Positions 1 through 10,173 of a stretch of DNA of 64,000 nucleotides are shown here, piece after piece. The notes beneath the pieces are model-generated. The model saw only the letters and a list, made by a program, of their open reading frames with translations, ran no database searches and was not told the origin of the DNA. Position numbers and translations under genes: made by a program. Source of the stretch: Planctomycetota bacterium (GTDB taxonomy: Bacteria; Planctomycetota; GCA-002687715; CAIWVZ01); contig JBGANV010000002.1 of assembly GCA_044222185.1 (NCBI GenBank), positions 868,711-932,710 on the forward strand, given 5' to 3'. The first letter of the stretch is position 1. Each line of letters opens with the position of its first letter.

Positions 1-2
1 AG

Positions 3-725
3 GTGTTCAGCGACCTGAAGCAATGCCGAGCGCTCGTCATCGGAGCCGGGGAGACCGGGCTCCTCGTAGCGACGCACCTGCGAGAGCGAGGCATCAAGGA
101 CCTCACCTTCACGAACCGGACGCTCGAGCGCGCGCAGCTCGCGGCGGAACAGTTCTCCGCATCCGTGATCCCGTTCGACCAGATGATCGCCGCGGTGGCC
201 GATCACGACGTCGTGGTCGCCTGCGTGGAGGCGCCCATGGTTCTGTTCGGCGCGAAGGAGCTGGAGTCGCAGAAGTGGCCGTCGCGTGACGTGCCCAAGG
301 TGTTCGTCGACCTGTCGATCCCGCGCGCGCTCGACAAGAACGTGAACGGTTTCCGGGACGCATTCCTCTTCGATCTGGACGCGTTGCAGGCGATCGTCGA
401 CAAGCACCTCGAAGCGCGTCGCGCCGAAGTGGAACAGGCCGACCGGATCATCCTGGAAGAGGTCCACAAGTTCCTCGCCCTGCGCATCTACGCCGCGCTG
501 TCGCCCGCCGTCGCCGGCCTCGCCGAGCAGTTCGAGGCCATGCGCCAGAAGTGGCTGGAATCCCACAAGGGCGTCGACCCGGCGGTTCTCGACGCGTTGT
601 CGAAGGATCTCTCCAAGCATCTCCTCGCGGTCGCGCAGTCGCAGATCAAGGCGGGGACCAAACTCACTCAATCCGAGCTGGCGATCGAGAGGTCGTACCG
701 GCGGTACCGGGAGCAGCACACATGA
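3..725 (+). CDS. hemA: Glutamyl-tRNA reductase, 5'-truncated by window edge
   Basis: Rossmann motif VIGAGETG, NRT, DLSIPR..D, DLDAL and C-terminal dimerisation helix; TGA overlaps hemC ATG (ATGA). Confidence 0.93.
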   Translation: MFSDLKQCRALVIGAGETGLLVATHLRERGIKDLTFTNRTLERAQLAAEQFSASVIPFDQMIAAVADHDVVVACVEAPMVLFGAKELESQKWPSRDVPKVFVDLSIPRALDKNVNGFRDAFLFDLDALQAIVDKHLEARRAEVEQADRIILEEVHKFLALRIYAALSPAVAGLAEQFEAMRQKWLESHKGVDPAVLDALSKDLSKHLLAVAQSQIKAGTKLTQSELAIERSYRRYREQHT

Positions 726-1627
726 TCGGCCTCGCGACCCGCGGCAGTCCGTTGGCACTCTGGCAGGCCGAGCACGCCCGAGCGGCCCTGGCGTCGGCGA
801 TGCCGGGTGAGCGGATCGAGTTCGTGACGGTGTCGACCTCGGGCGACGACGTGCAGGACCGACCGGTGGTGCTCATGGGAGCGACCGGCGTGTTCACGGT
901 CGAGGTGGATCGGGCGGTCGTCGACGGCCGCGCTCGGTGCGGAGTGCACAGCTTGAAGGACCTCGCCACCCAGCTCGAAGGCGGAATGGTCCTCGCGGCC
1001 GTGCTTCCGCGTGGGCCCGTGGAGGACGTCATCGTCTCTCCGAGGTTCGGGACGCTGTCGGCGCTGCCTGAGGGCGCCAGGGTCGCGACCGGCAGTCTCC
1101 GGCGTCGCGCCATGCTCCTGCGCAAGCGGCCGGACCTCGTCTGCGTGGACATCCGTGGCTTCGTCGGGACGCGGCTGAAGAAGCTCGAGCGCGGAGACGC
1201 GGACGCTCTTCTCATGGCTCGCGCGGGCCTCGAGCGTCTCGGCATGAAGGACCGGATCACGGAGGTGCTTCCCATCGACGCGTTCCTGCCGGCCGTTGGG
1301 CAGGGCCTCGTGGGGATCACGTGCCGCGCCGACGATCGCGAGATGGTCGAAGCCTGGCGCCGCGCAGGTGATGCCGACGGGTTCGCCGCGGGAACCGCCG
1401 AGCGTGCGTTCCTCGCGACGCTTCGCGCCGGGTGTCATGCGCCCGTCGGTGGGCACGCCGTCATGCGAGCCGGTCGACTGCACCTCGAGGGCCGCGTCCT
1501 TTCGAAGGACGGCGTGCGCGAGGTCGCGGGCAGCGCGTCATCGTCTTCCGCGGATGCTGCAACGCTCGGCGCGGACCTCGCGCGCCGGTTGATGGCCGAT
1601 GGCGCGTCCGAACTGCTCGAGGGGTGA
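722..1627 (+). CDS. hemC: Hydroxymethylbilane synthase (porphobilinogen deaminase)
   Basis: ATRGSPLALWQA, VHSLKD, TGSLRRRA, LPAVGQG, AERAFL..L.AGC motifs; start ATG 722 coupled to hemA stop. Confidence 0.95.
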   Translation: MIGLATRGSPLALWQAEHARAALASAMPGERIEFVTVSTSGDDVQDRPVVLMGATGVFTVEVDRAVVDGRARCGVHSLKDLATQLEGGMVLAAVLPRGPVEDVIVSPRFGTLSALPEGARVATGSLRRRAMLLRKRPDLVCVDIRGFVGTRLKKLERGDADALLMARAGLERLGMKDRITEVLPIDAFLPAVGQGLVGITCRADDREMVEAWRRAGDADGFAAGTAERAFLATLRAGCHAPVGGHAVMRAGRLHLEGRVLSKDGVREVAGSASSSSADAATLGADLARRLMADGASELLEG

Positions 1628-1703
1628 CGCGGCCGATCGACGGTCCGTGACGTGATCGCCGGCAGCGCGCGGTGGCGGAACAGCCTGCGGGAGCACTCGT
1701 CCC

Positions 1704-2327
1704 ATGCCAACCATCGACTCGTGGAATGACGCCTGGTCGCACGTCGGCGCGGTGCCTCCTGAAGGGCTCTACGGGCGCATCGTCTCGGCCTACAGCGAGC
1801 CGCATCGCGCCTACCACACGCTGCAACACCTGGACGAATGTCTCGCACGGCTCGCGCCCGTCGCGCACCTTGCACGAGGTCTGGGCACGGTCGAACTCGC
1901 CGTGTGGTTTCACGATGCGATCTACGACACCAAAGCGACGGACAACGAAGCGAAGAGTGCCCGCTGGGCGCGCGCCGCGCTGCAGGCGACCGACGCCGAC
2001 CGGGAGATCGCCGACCATGTCGAACGGCTGATCCTCGCGACGCGCCACGACGCCATTCCTGACGATGCCGACGCGCGCCTCCTCGTCGACGTGGACCTGT
2101 CGATCCTCGGGGCGGAGGACGGCCGCTTCGCCGAATACGAAGCCCAGGTGCGCGCCGAATATCGCTGGGTGCCGGAGGCGGCCTACTGCGAGGGACGGTC
2201 GCGCGTGCTGCGTTCGTTCCTCGATCGCCCCGCCATCTATTTCACGCCATGGTTCTCGGACGCGCTCGAGGCGCGTGCGCGCCGGAATCTGACTCGCTCG
2301 CTGGCCGTTCTGGCCTCATCGGGCTGA
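1704..2327 (+). CDS. HD-superfamily metal-dependent phosphohydrolase (COG4339-like)
   Basis: YSEPHRAYHTLQHL, WFHDAIY, NEAKSA, LILATRH, DVDLSILG, VRAEY motifs. Confidence 0.85.
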   Translation: MPTIDSWNDAWSHVGAVPPEGLYGRIVSAYSEPHRAYHTLQHLDECLARLAPVAHLARGLGTVELAVWFHDAIYDTKATDNEAKSARWARAALQATDADREIADHVERLILATRHDAIPDDADARLLVDVDLSILGAEDGRFAEYEAQVRAEYRWVPEAAYCEGRSRVLRSFLDRPAIYFTPWFSDALEARARRNLTRSLAVLASSG

Positions 2328-2397
2328 CGCGATCCGATGGCTCGGTGGCGCCGCCCTCGCCGCGGGGCAAGCAGATTCGGGCGAGTGGCCGTATTGT

Positions 2398-4563
2398 GTG
2401 CCCATCGGGCGACAGGCGCCCGCAGGGAGCACTTCCACGGTTCGATATCCACGACACCTTTGGAATGACGGCCATGACCCGCTCGCAGACGATGCAGAGG
2501 GGTGGTTCCGGCGATTCTGGGCACGCAGCCACCGCTCCAAGCCGTCGAGCCTGTACGTCGACTACGCGGTCGCCCAGAGGATCCGCACCTTCGAGGGGAT
2601 CGAGGCACGCCGCGCGACGGACCGCAAGACTGGTGAAGAGGTCTTCCTCGAACTGATCGACAGATCGCCCGCATCGCAGGTGCGACAGGAAGAGTACGCG
2701 CGGTTCCGGCGCGACTTCGAGGCGATCGCTGCGCTGAAGCACGAGAACATCCTCGCTCCGATTTGCGAGCGCGCGATCGACGGTCAGCGCTACATCGTTC
2801 GCAAGTGCGTGGACGCGGCGTCCGCGGGAGAGGTCTTCACCGTGAGCGGGGCAACGACCGACCAGGTCGTGAACATCGTCCGCCAGGCTGCAGCCGCGAT
2901 CGCGTTCGCCCATTCGCAGGGCATTCACCATCTGAACGTCACACCGCAGAGCGTGCTCGTGGAGCCGAACGGTCACGTCTGGGTCGCGGATTTCGGACTC
3001 GTTCGCGATCACGTGGCGTTCTCGGGACCGCGCGCGACGTCCGCGAACCTGACCGCCTTCGGTTGCCTGCCGCCCGAGCGCCTCCTGTTCGACATGCGGA
3101 GGATGGGGCCACAGACCGACGTCTACGGGCTCGGTGCGCTCCTGTATCTGGGCCTCACGCGGAAGGCTCCGCACGCGGGCAGGCGCGCCGCGGACGTGGC
3201 CGCCTCCATCCTCGGCGGCGCTCCGAAGCTGGCGATCCCGGGCGATGCCCCCGGAGTGCGCGGACTCGAGGCGGTTTGTGCCCGGGCGTTGCGGTGCCGC
3301 ATGCCCAGGTTCCCGGACGCGGCCGCGTTCCTGCAGGACCTCGATCGTGCGAGCCGAAGCGCTCTCATGACGAATGACGAACCGGACCCGTCGGCGCGAC
3401 GCGCGCGGCCGACGAGATTCGCGTGGATCCTCGGAGTCGTCGTCGCGCTCGCGTGCGGCGTCGCATGGCACGTTCCTGACGCGAACGACCTGCACACGAC
3501 CCGCGCCATGGAGGTGATCGCCAAGGCGCAACGCGACGGACATCCCGACGACGCGGCGTGGATGGCAGATCAGTGGCTGCAGGTCGTCACGGGAGAGTTG
3601 CGCAGCGATCTCGCCGAGGCCTGGATCGGAGCCGAGATCGAACGGGCCGTCGTCCAGGCGAGTGCGCGCCGGCCAGATCGGGCCGATGCGATCCTGGAGA
3701 TGGCCACGACGCGCTGGAAGGAGGAGTGGAAGGGACAGCCCGCGCGGGCCGAGAAGCTGCTGTCGACCGGCCGGGCACGAATCGACGAAGTACGCGGAGG
3801 GACGGTCGATCCGGCCAAGGGCAGCGTCGCCAGCGTGCTCCAACCTGCCGACAGGCGGGCGAGACTGCGGGACGTGAACGCAAAACGCCTGACCTACGCG
3901 TTCTGCGCCATCGCCCTTCTGGCGGCGCTCGTGACGTCCGTGAGTCGGCGTGCATCGGAACAGATCGGCCTCGGCGCCGCGCTGACGATCCTGGGAATCG
4001 CCGGGCAGTTCGTCCGCGCGGATGTCCCGCTCGCGTGGTTGCTAGACGGCGTCTACGCGGCGGTGGCGGCGGCCGGGACGTACCTGGTGGCGCGCGCGCT
4101 GCCGTCGGGCGGCACCCGCATTCCGGCGTTTCTCTTCGCGGCCGCGGCGGCCGTGCGCTTTGCGACCGAGTTGATCGGGCGGCCGTTCGAGACTTCGCTC
4201 GCCTTCGACCTGCTCATGATCGCCGGCTCGGCCATGGCCGCGGTTCTGGTCGTGGCGGGCGCCCGCGTCGTTCCGGCGCGGCGGCTGCTTGGTTGGGTGG
4301 CCGGAGTCCTCGCCATGGCCCTGTGCGTCGTCGTCGTTCGTTACCGCGGCCTGATCCCCGTCGGGTCGCTGCTCGCGAGCGACGGAGGCGACTGGCCGGA
4401 AACGGCGCCTTACGTGTGGTGTGTCCGCATCGCGGCGCTTGCGATCCCGGCGCTCCTCGTCGGGTTCACCTTCCAGGCGCTGCCGTACGGCGGCCGATCG
4501 CCGGCTGCGCGTCCGGTAATCCGCAGCACGGCTCGATACGGTTCGGCGCTCTATCGCGAATGA
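2398..4563 (+). CDS. Ser/Thr kinase-like (probable pseudokinase) with multi-pass membrane C-terminus
   Basis: Kinase scaffold LKHENI, GIHHLNVTPQSVLV, ADFGL, PPE, TDVYGLGALLY; VAIK Lys and HRD Asp replaced; several hydrophobic helices in C-terminal half. Confidence 0.75.
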   Translation: MPIGRQAPAGSTSTVRYPRHLWNDGHDPLADDAEGWFRRFWARSHRSKPSSLYVDYAVAQRIRTFEGIEARRATDRKTGEEVFLELIDRSPASQVRQEEYARFRRDFEAIAALKHENILAPICERAIDGQRYIVRKCVDAASAGEVFTVSGATTDQVVNIVRQAAAAIAFAHSQGIHHLNVTPQSVLVEPNGHVWVADFGLVRDHVAFSGPRATSANLTAFGCLPPERLLFDMRRMGPQTDVYGLGALLYLGLTRKAPHAGRRAADVAASILGGAPKLAIPGDAPGVRGLEAVCARALRCRMPRFPDAAAFLQDLDRASRSALMTNDEPDPSARRARPTRFAWILGVVVALACGVAWHVPDANDLHTTRAMEVIAKAQRDGHPDDAAWMADQWLQVVTGELRSDLAEAWIGAEIERAVVQASARRPDRADAILEMATTRWKEEWKGQPARAEKLLSTGRARIDEVRGGTVDPAKGSVASVLQPADRRARLRDVNAKRLTYAFCAIALLAALVTSVSRRASEQIGLGAALTILGIAGQFVRADVPLAWLLDGVYAAVAAAGTYLVARALPSGGTRIPAFLFAAAAAVRFATELIGRPFETSLAFDLLMIAGSAMAAVLVVAGARVVPARRLLGWVAGVLAMALCVVVVRYRGLIPVGSLLASDGGDWPETAPYVWCVRIAALAIPALLVGFTFQALPYGGRSPAARPVIRSTARYGSALYRE

Positions 4564-4570
4564 CCGATCG

Positions 4571-5047
4571 GTGGATGAGCCGACACTTCGCTCGACCATC
4601 GCCTCGTTCACCACTCGTGGATTCGTCGTCCGGAGGGCAGGCGTCGCACCGATCGTCGGTCTGTCCGCGGTCACGTCCGCCGCAGCCGCGGGGAGTTCCC
4701 ATGGCAGGAGACTTCCCGAATTGCTCGCGCGCGTGCTCGTGCAGGCGGCAATCCTCTTGCTCCCGATCTCCGTGATCGTGCGACGGTGCGGAGAGGTCCG
4801 CTGGGCGCTCGTGATGTCGTCGGTGGGCCTCGTCGCACTCGATCAGATCGCGACGGGACACACGTCGGTGTACGACCTCATCCCAGGCACGGCATGGAAC
4901 TGGCAGGGCAAGCTTGCCGCCACAGCGATCGCACTCGCGGTGCTCACCGCCATGCCGGCGCGAGGGCGGACCGGATCGCTGTCGATGCCGATGGCGCTCC
5001 ATGCACTCGTCAACACTGCACCGTCGGTCGCGCGCACGCTCAGGTGA
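4571..5047 (+). pseudogene. Membrane protein fragment with CPBP/Abi (CAAX protease)-like C-terminal motif
   Basis: Ends RTGSLSMPMALHALVN resembling CPBP motif 4, but the EExxxR motif is absent. Confidence 0.35.
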
Positions 5048-5415
5048 TGTCGAGGCCGAGCCCGCGGCCCGGGACGTATCGGCGTCGTCTGAGCGCCACC
5101 ATCGTCTGAGAACACCTGCGACGACCGCGTCCCCCTCGCTGAGTCGCGATGCCTGAGTTCCGCGACGCACGGTCGACGCGCAGCGCGCTCGACCTCCATG
5201 CGAGATCGGCCTTCCGAACGGCGCGTCGCCTGTCTGAGGAGGCACGCACGACCATCGTCCTCAGCTTCGACGGCGATCGCGACGCGGATGCGATTCGTTG
5301 CTCATGGAGACGACACAGAGGATCGCGCTCACCCGATCCCGGCCGAAGCCTGGCGCCAAACCAACGAGGTATACTCCGCCCCGACGTAGCGCCCCCGCAC
5401 CGGAGGAGTCTGATC

Positions 5416-7020
5416 ATGCACGATTCTTCGTCCGAACGATCTCGACCGCAGCCGAAGGGCGAACCGAGATGGGACGACAATCGGTTCCGCCTCATCGTCG
5501 AGGCCACGCCCAATGCGATGGTGATGGTCGACGCGCGAGGACAGATCGTTCTGGTCAACTCCCAGGCCGAGCGACTGTTCGGTTACTCGCGGAAGGAGAT
5601 GATCGGCCAGGCCGTCGAGATGTTGCTCCCAGAAGAACGCCGCGGGCTCCACGAGGTGTTCCGGCGCGAGTTCGCTTCCGAGCCACAGGCTCGCCCCATG
5701 GGTACGGGACGCGACCTCTACGGCCGGCGCAAGGATGGCACCGACGTGCCCGTGGAAGTCGGCCTCAGACCCATCGTCCAGGACGAAGGCCTCCACGTGC
5801 TGAGCTCGATCATCGACATCACCGAGCGCAAGCGATCGGAGCAGGCATTGCGCGACGCCAATCATCGCCTGGAGGTTGCGCTCGCGGAGTTGGCTTCGGC
5901 CCAGGGAAAACTCGTCAAGCGCGAGCGCCTGAGCGCGCTCGGCCAGATGGCGAGTGGCATCGCCCACGATTTCAACAACGCCCTCGCACCCATCGTCGGA
6001 TTCACGGAACTGATTCTCGAGTCGCCGGACGCCGTTGCGCCGTCGCACCGCGCCGACCTCCGGGTCGTCCACACTGCGGCCTGCGACGCGGTGAACGTCG
6101 TTCGACGGCTTCGGGAGTTCTACCGACCGCGGGACCAGCAGGATGCATCGGTCCCGGTCGACCTCGTGGAAGTCGTCGAGCAGGCGATCGCCATGACGCA
6201 GCCCAAATGGAAAGACGAGGCTCTTGCGACCGGGGTTTCCATTCGGGTGATGACCGACCTCGTCGACGTCCCGGTCATCTCGGGTGATCCGCCCAGCCTG
6301 CGTGAGGTCCTCGTCAACCTGATCCTGAACGCCATCGACGCCATGCCGAGCGGAGGAACACTCTCGATCTCCACGCAGAGCGCGGGGGAAGTGGCGGAAT
6401 TGCGCATCCGCGACACTGGGACGGGGATGACTCCCGAGGTTCGCGATCGTTGCTTCGAACCGTTCTTCACGACGAAGGGCGAGCGCGGCAGCGGCCTCGG
6501 GCTGGCGTTGGTGCACGGAGTCGTCAGGCGGCACAGCGGTACGATCGATCTCGTCTCCGAGGTGGGGAAGGGAACCGAGTTCACCATTCGCATTCCCACG
6601 CCGACGCGGCGGGCGTCGCCCAGCAATCGTCCGAGCCGGAATCCCGCGCGGCCTCTACACGTTCTCGTCGTCGACGACGAATTCCTCCCGCGCGAGGTTC
6701 TCGTTCGCTTTCTGTCGTCCGACGGACACACGTGCGAAGTCGCGACGAACGGCCGCGAGGGTTTGGACAAGTTTCACGCGGGGAGCTTCGATCTCGTCGT
6801 CACCGACAGCGCGATGCCAGACATGAACGGCGAGCAGCTCGTTGCCGCCGTCCGTGCGGTGAACCCGGAAATCCCAATCGTCATGGTGAGCGGCTTCGGA
6901 GACCTCATTGCGGCGTCCGGGAAGGTTCCGCCGGGCGTGACGCAGTGTCTGGGAAAGCCCGTGACGCTTTCGGAATGGCGCAAGGCACTCGACCAGTTGA
7001 ATCAGGACAAGGGGAGCTGA
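5416..7020 (+). CDS. PAS-domain hybrid sensor histidine kinase/response regulator
   Basis: GGAGG RBS before ATG 5416; PAS/PAC (VNSQAERLFGY...DITERK), H-box IAHDFNN, N/G1/F/G2 boxes, REC domain VVDDE...VTD...K. Confidence 0.93.
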   Translation: MHDSSSERSRPQPKGEPRWDDNRFRLIVEATPNAMVMVDARGQIVLVNSQAERLFGYSRKEMIGQAVEMLLPEERRGLHEVFRREFASEPQARPMGTGRDLYGRRKDGTDVPVEVGLRPIVQDEGLHVLSSIIDITERKRSEQALRDANHRLEVALAELASAQGKLVKRERLSALGQMASGIAHDFNNALAPIVGFTELILESPDAVAPSHRADLRVVHTAACDAVNVVRRLREFYRPRDQQDASVPVDLVEVVEQAIAMTQPKWKDEALATGVSIRVMTDLVDVPVISGDPPSLREVLVNLILNAIDAMPSGGTLSISTQSAGEVAELRIRDTGTGMTPEVRDRCFEPFFTTKGERGSGLGLALVHGVVRRHSGTIDLVSEVGKGTEFTIRIPTPTRRASPSNRPSRNPARPLHVLVVDDEFLPREVLVRFLSSDGHTCEVATNGREGLDKFHAGSFDLVVTDSAMPDMNGEQLVAAVRAVNPEIPIVMVSGFGDLIAASGKVPPGVTQCLGKPVTLSEWRKALDQLNQDKGS

Positions 7021-7109
7021 GGCGACCACGCACCCACCGGGAGGTGCGTTTCGGGTTGGCCGTCGACCTTTTGTGACGTCCGCAGGACGCCGATACTGGA
7101 CGACGAGCC

Positions 7110-7847
7110 ATGCCGCACGTTCTCCATACCGGTCCTGCCGCTGATGCATCGGCCACGCTCGCGGCGATCCGCGAGGTCGGGTTCGACGTCGTCAGCCTGC
7201 CGTCGATCGTCATCGAAGCCGTCCCCGTGGACGAACCGCTGCGGCAGGTCGTCGCGGCGCATGCGCCCATCGCCGCGGTGATCGTCACGAGCCGCAACGC
7301 CCTTGCTTCGCTCGCCGAGCTTCGACCCTGGATCGATGGCGTCGATCTTTTCGTGGTCGGCGCGGAGACGGCGCGGCGTGCGGAGGCCCTGGGCTGGCGG
7401 CCCGCCGCCGTGGGGCGTGACGGCGCCGACCACCTGGCCGATCTCGTTCTCGCACGGGGCGATCTGCGAGGCCGGACGGTTCTCTTCCCGTGCGGCGATC
7501 GCGCGCGCCCCACGATCGTCGAGCGTCTGACCTCCGCCGGGGTGGCCGTGATCGCGCTTGGCGTCTATCGAACGCGTGGCGAGGTCATCGCGCCGGGTCG
7601 GCTGCGGGACGCCGTGCCCGGAGCCCAGGCAGTGATCTTCACGAGCCCCTCGGGAGTGGAGTCGTTCCTGGCGTCCGCGACGGCGGCAGGGCTCGCTCAC
7701 GAGGTGAGGACTCTCCTCGCGTTGAGTTTGGGGCGCACGACGGATGAGGCGGCGGCCCGGGCTGGCTTCGGGCGACGGGCCGTGTCAGAACGTCCCTCGC
7801 CGCGAGCCCTGGCCGATGCGCTCGCGGCCCGATTGAAACAACCATGA
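7110..7847 (+). CDS. hemD: Uroporphyrinogen-III synthase
   Basis: VTSRNA, VGAETA, VYRT, FTSPSGV, LGRTT..AA motifs; coupled to hemB (ATGA). Confidence 0.88.
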   Translation: MPHVLHTGPAADASATLAAIREVGFDVVSLPSIVIEAVPVDEPLRQVVAAHAPIAAVIVTSRNALASLAELRPWIDGVDLFVVGAETARRAEALGWRPAAVGRDGADHLADLVLARGDLRGRTVLFPCGDRARPTIVERLTSAGVAVIALGVYRTRGEVIAPGRLRDAVPGAQAVIFTSPSGVESFLASATAAGLAHEVRTLLALSLGRTTDEAAARAGFGRRAVSERPSPRALADALAARLKQP

Positions 7848-8851
7848 CTGCTGCATCCGACGACCGGTCCCTTCGCGAGCATCTCGTCAAACGCCCGCGG
7901 CGGCTCCGCGGACACCCGGCGCTGCGTCGCATGGTGAGCGAGACGACGCTCACTCGTGATGACCTGGTGCTCCCGCTGTTTTGTGTCCCGGGGAAGGGCG
8001 TCCGGACGGAAGTCAGCTCCATGCCGGGCGTCTTCCGCGAATCGGTCGACTCGATCGCCGAGACATGCCGCGCCGCGCAAGACCTGGGAATCCCTGCAGT
8101 GATCCTCTTTGGGATCCCCGAGACGAAGGATGCGGCAGGCACGGCGTCCTGGGATCCGAATGGAATCGTGCAGCGCGCGCTCGACGCCGTGGAGAAGGCC
8201 GCGCCGAACGTCCTGCGGATCGTCGACCTCTGCTTCTGTGAATACACGGACCACGGCCACTGCGGCGTCCTTCGAGCGGATGGGTCGCTCGACAACGACA
8301 TGACGTTGCCGAACCTGGCGCGGCAGGCGACGTCGCTGGCGGGAGCGGGCGCGCAAGTGATTGCACCCAGCGGCATGCTCGATGGCATGATCGCTGCGAT
8401 TCGATCCGCGCTGGACGCCTCGAAGTTCTCGGACACTCCCATCCTCTCCTACGCCGCGAAGTATGCCTCCGGGTTCTACGGGCCGTTCCGCGATGCGGCG
8501 GACTCCGCGCCCGCGTTCGGCGACCGCCGGGGCTATCAACAGGACCCCGCCAACTCGGATGAATCGCTCCGCGAGGTGGCCCTCGACCTCGAGCAGGGCG
8601 CGGACATGGTGATGGTCAAGCCCGCGCTGCCCTACCTGGACATCATCCGGCGCGTGAAGGACACGTTCGGTGCGCCGACGGCGGCGTACCAGGTGTCCGG
8701 CGAGTACGCGATGATCAAGGCGGCCGCGCGCAACGGCTGGATCGACCACGACCGCGTCGTGGACGAGTCACTGCTGTCGATCAAGCGGGCCGGCGCCGAC
8801 TTCATCCTCACGTACTTCGCCCGCGAGGTCGCCAAGCGGCTGCCCCACTGA
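7844..8851 (+). CDS. hemB: Porphobilinogen synthase (Zn-binding type)
   Basis: [54 protein letters not shown]. Confidence 0.97.
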   Translation: MTAASDDRSLREHLVKRPRRLRGHPALRRMVSETTLTRDDLVLPLFCVPGKGVRTEVSSMPGVFRESVDSIAETCRAAQDLGIPAVILFGIPETKDAAGTASWDPNGIVQRALDAVEKAAPNVLRIVDLCFCEYTDHGHCGVLRADGSLDNDMTLPNLARQATSLAGAGAQVIAPSGMLDGMIAAIRSALDASKFSDTPILSYAAKYASGFYGPFRDAADSAPAFGDRRGYQQDPANSDESLREVALDLEQGADMVMVKPALPYLDIIRRVKDTFGAPTAAYQVSGEYAMIKAAARNGWIDHDRVVDESLLSIKRAGADFILTYFAREVAKRLPH

Positions 8852-8877
8852 TTCCCTCCGCGAGAACGAGCTTCCGC

Positions 8878-10173
8878 ATGAATTTCACCCGAAGTGAAGA
8901 GCTGATGGCGCGGGCGTCCACCGTGATTCCCGGGGGCGTGAACAGCCCGGTGCGCGCCTACAAATCCGTGGGCGGCACGCCGCCGTTCATGGTTCGCGGC
9001 GAAGGCCCCTACATCTTCGACGAGGACGGCAACCGGTACGTGGATCTCGTGCTCTCGTATGGGCCGCTGATCCTCGGGCACTGCCATCCGAAGATCCGCG
9101 AGGCGCTGCATCGCTGCGTCGATCTGGGGACGACCTTCGGCGCGCCGTCGCGGGGCGAGGTCGAGATCGCCGAGCTCATCACGCGGTGGATGCCGTCGAT
9201 CGAGCAGGTGCGCCTCGTCAATTCGGGCACCGAGGCCACCATGGCGGCGATCCGCCTCGCGCGCGCCGCGACGGGCCGCCCGTGCATCCTGAAGTTCGAC
9301 GGGAACTACCACGGCCACGGCGACTCGTTCCTCGTGAAGGCGGGCTCCGGTGCGTTGACGCAAGGTGCGCCGGATTCGCCCGGGGTCCCGAAGTCGTTGG
9401 CCGAGCTGACGCTCGTCGCCCAATACAACGATCTGCCGAGCGTCGAGGCGATCCTGAAGCAGCGCGGCGCGGAAGTCGCGGCGATCATCGTCGAGCCCGT
9501 CGCGGGGAACGTCGGATGCATGCTGCCCGACCCGGGCTTCCTCGCGGGATTGCGTGCGCTCTGCGACCGCCATGGCGCGCTCCTCATCTTCGACGAGGTG
9601 ATGACCGGGTTCCGCGTCGCAAAGGGCTGCTACCAGTCGATCTGCAAGGTCAAGCCCGATCTCACGACGCTCGGGAAGGTGATCGGCGGGGGGCTGCCGG
9701 TCGGCGCCTATGGCGGTCGCCGCGATCTGATGCAGCGCATCGCACCGGCGGGTGACGTCTATCAGGCCGGCACGCTGTCCGGCAATCCGCTGGCGGTGGC
9801 GGCGGGACTCGCCCAGCTGCGCGAGATGGAGGCGAAGAACTCCTGGGTGGCGTTGGAGGATGCGGGCGCGCACCTCGAAGCCGGACTCACGCACATCTTC
9901 GAGACGACGAAGACGCCGGCCGTCGTTCAGCGGCAGGGTTCCATGCTCTGCGTGTACTTCGCGAAGAAGACCTGTCGGACGCTGAACGAGGTCATGGCGT
10001 CCGATCGCGAGGCGTTCAAGCGGTTCTTCCATGGCATGCTTCGCCACGGAGTGCTCCTGCCGCCCTCGCCGTTCGAGTGCTGGTTCCTCTCGACGGCGCA
10101 TGACGCCGAGGCGCTCGACCTCGTCCTCGACGCGGCGCGCATGACGCTTCGCGAGAACTCCTCGTCCGTCTGA
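8878..10173 (+). CDS. hemL: Glutamate-1-semialdehyde 2,1-aminomutase
   Basis: PGGVNSPVRA, VNSGTEA, YHGHGD, FDEVMTGFR, TLGKVIGGGLPVGAYGG, YQAGTLSGNP. Confidence 0.97.
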   Translation: MNFTRSEELMARASTVIPGGVNSPVRAYKSVGGTPPFMVRGEGPYIFDEDGNRYVDLVLSYGPLILGHCHPKIREALHRCVDLGTTFGAPSRGEVEIAELITRWMPSIEQVRLVNSGTEATMAAIRLARAATGRPCILKFDGNYHGHGDSFLVKAGSGALTQGAPDSPGVPKSLAELTLVAQYNDLPSVEAILKQRGAEVAAIIVEPVAGNVGCMLPDPGFLAGLRALCDRHGALLIFDEVMTGFRVAKGCYQSICKVKPDLTTLGKVIGGGLPVGAYGGRRDLMQRIAPAGDVYQAGTLSGNPLAVAAGLAQLREMEAKNSWVALEDAGAHLEAGLTHIFETTKTPAVVQRQGSMLCVYFAKKTCRTLNEVMASDREAFKRFFHGMLRHGVLLPPSPFECWFLSTAHDAEALDLVLDAARMTLRENSSSV

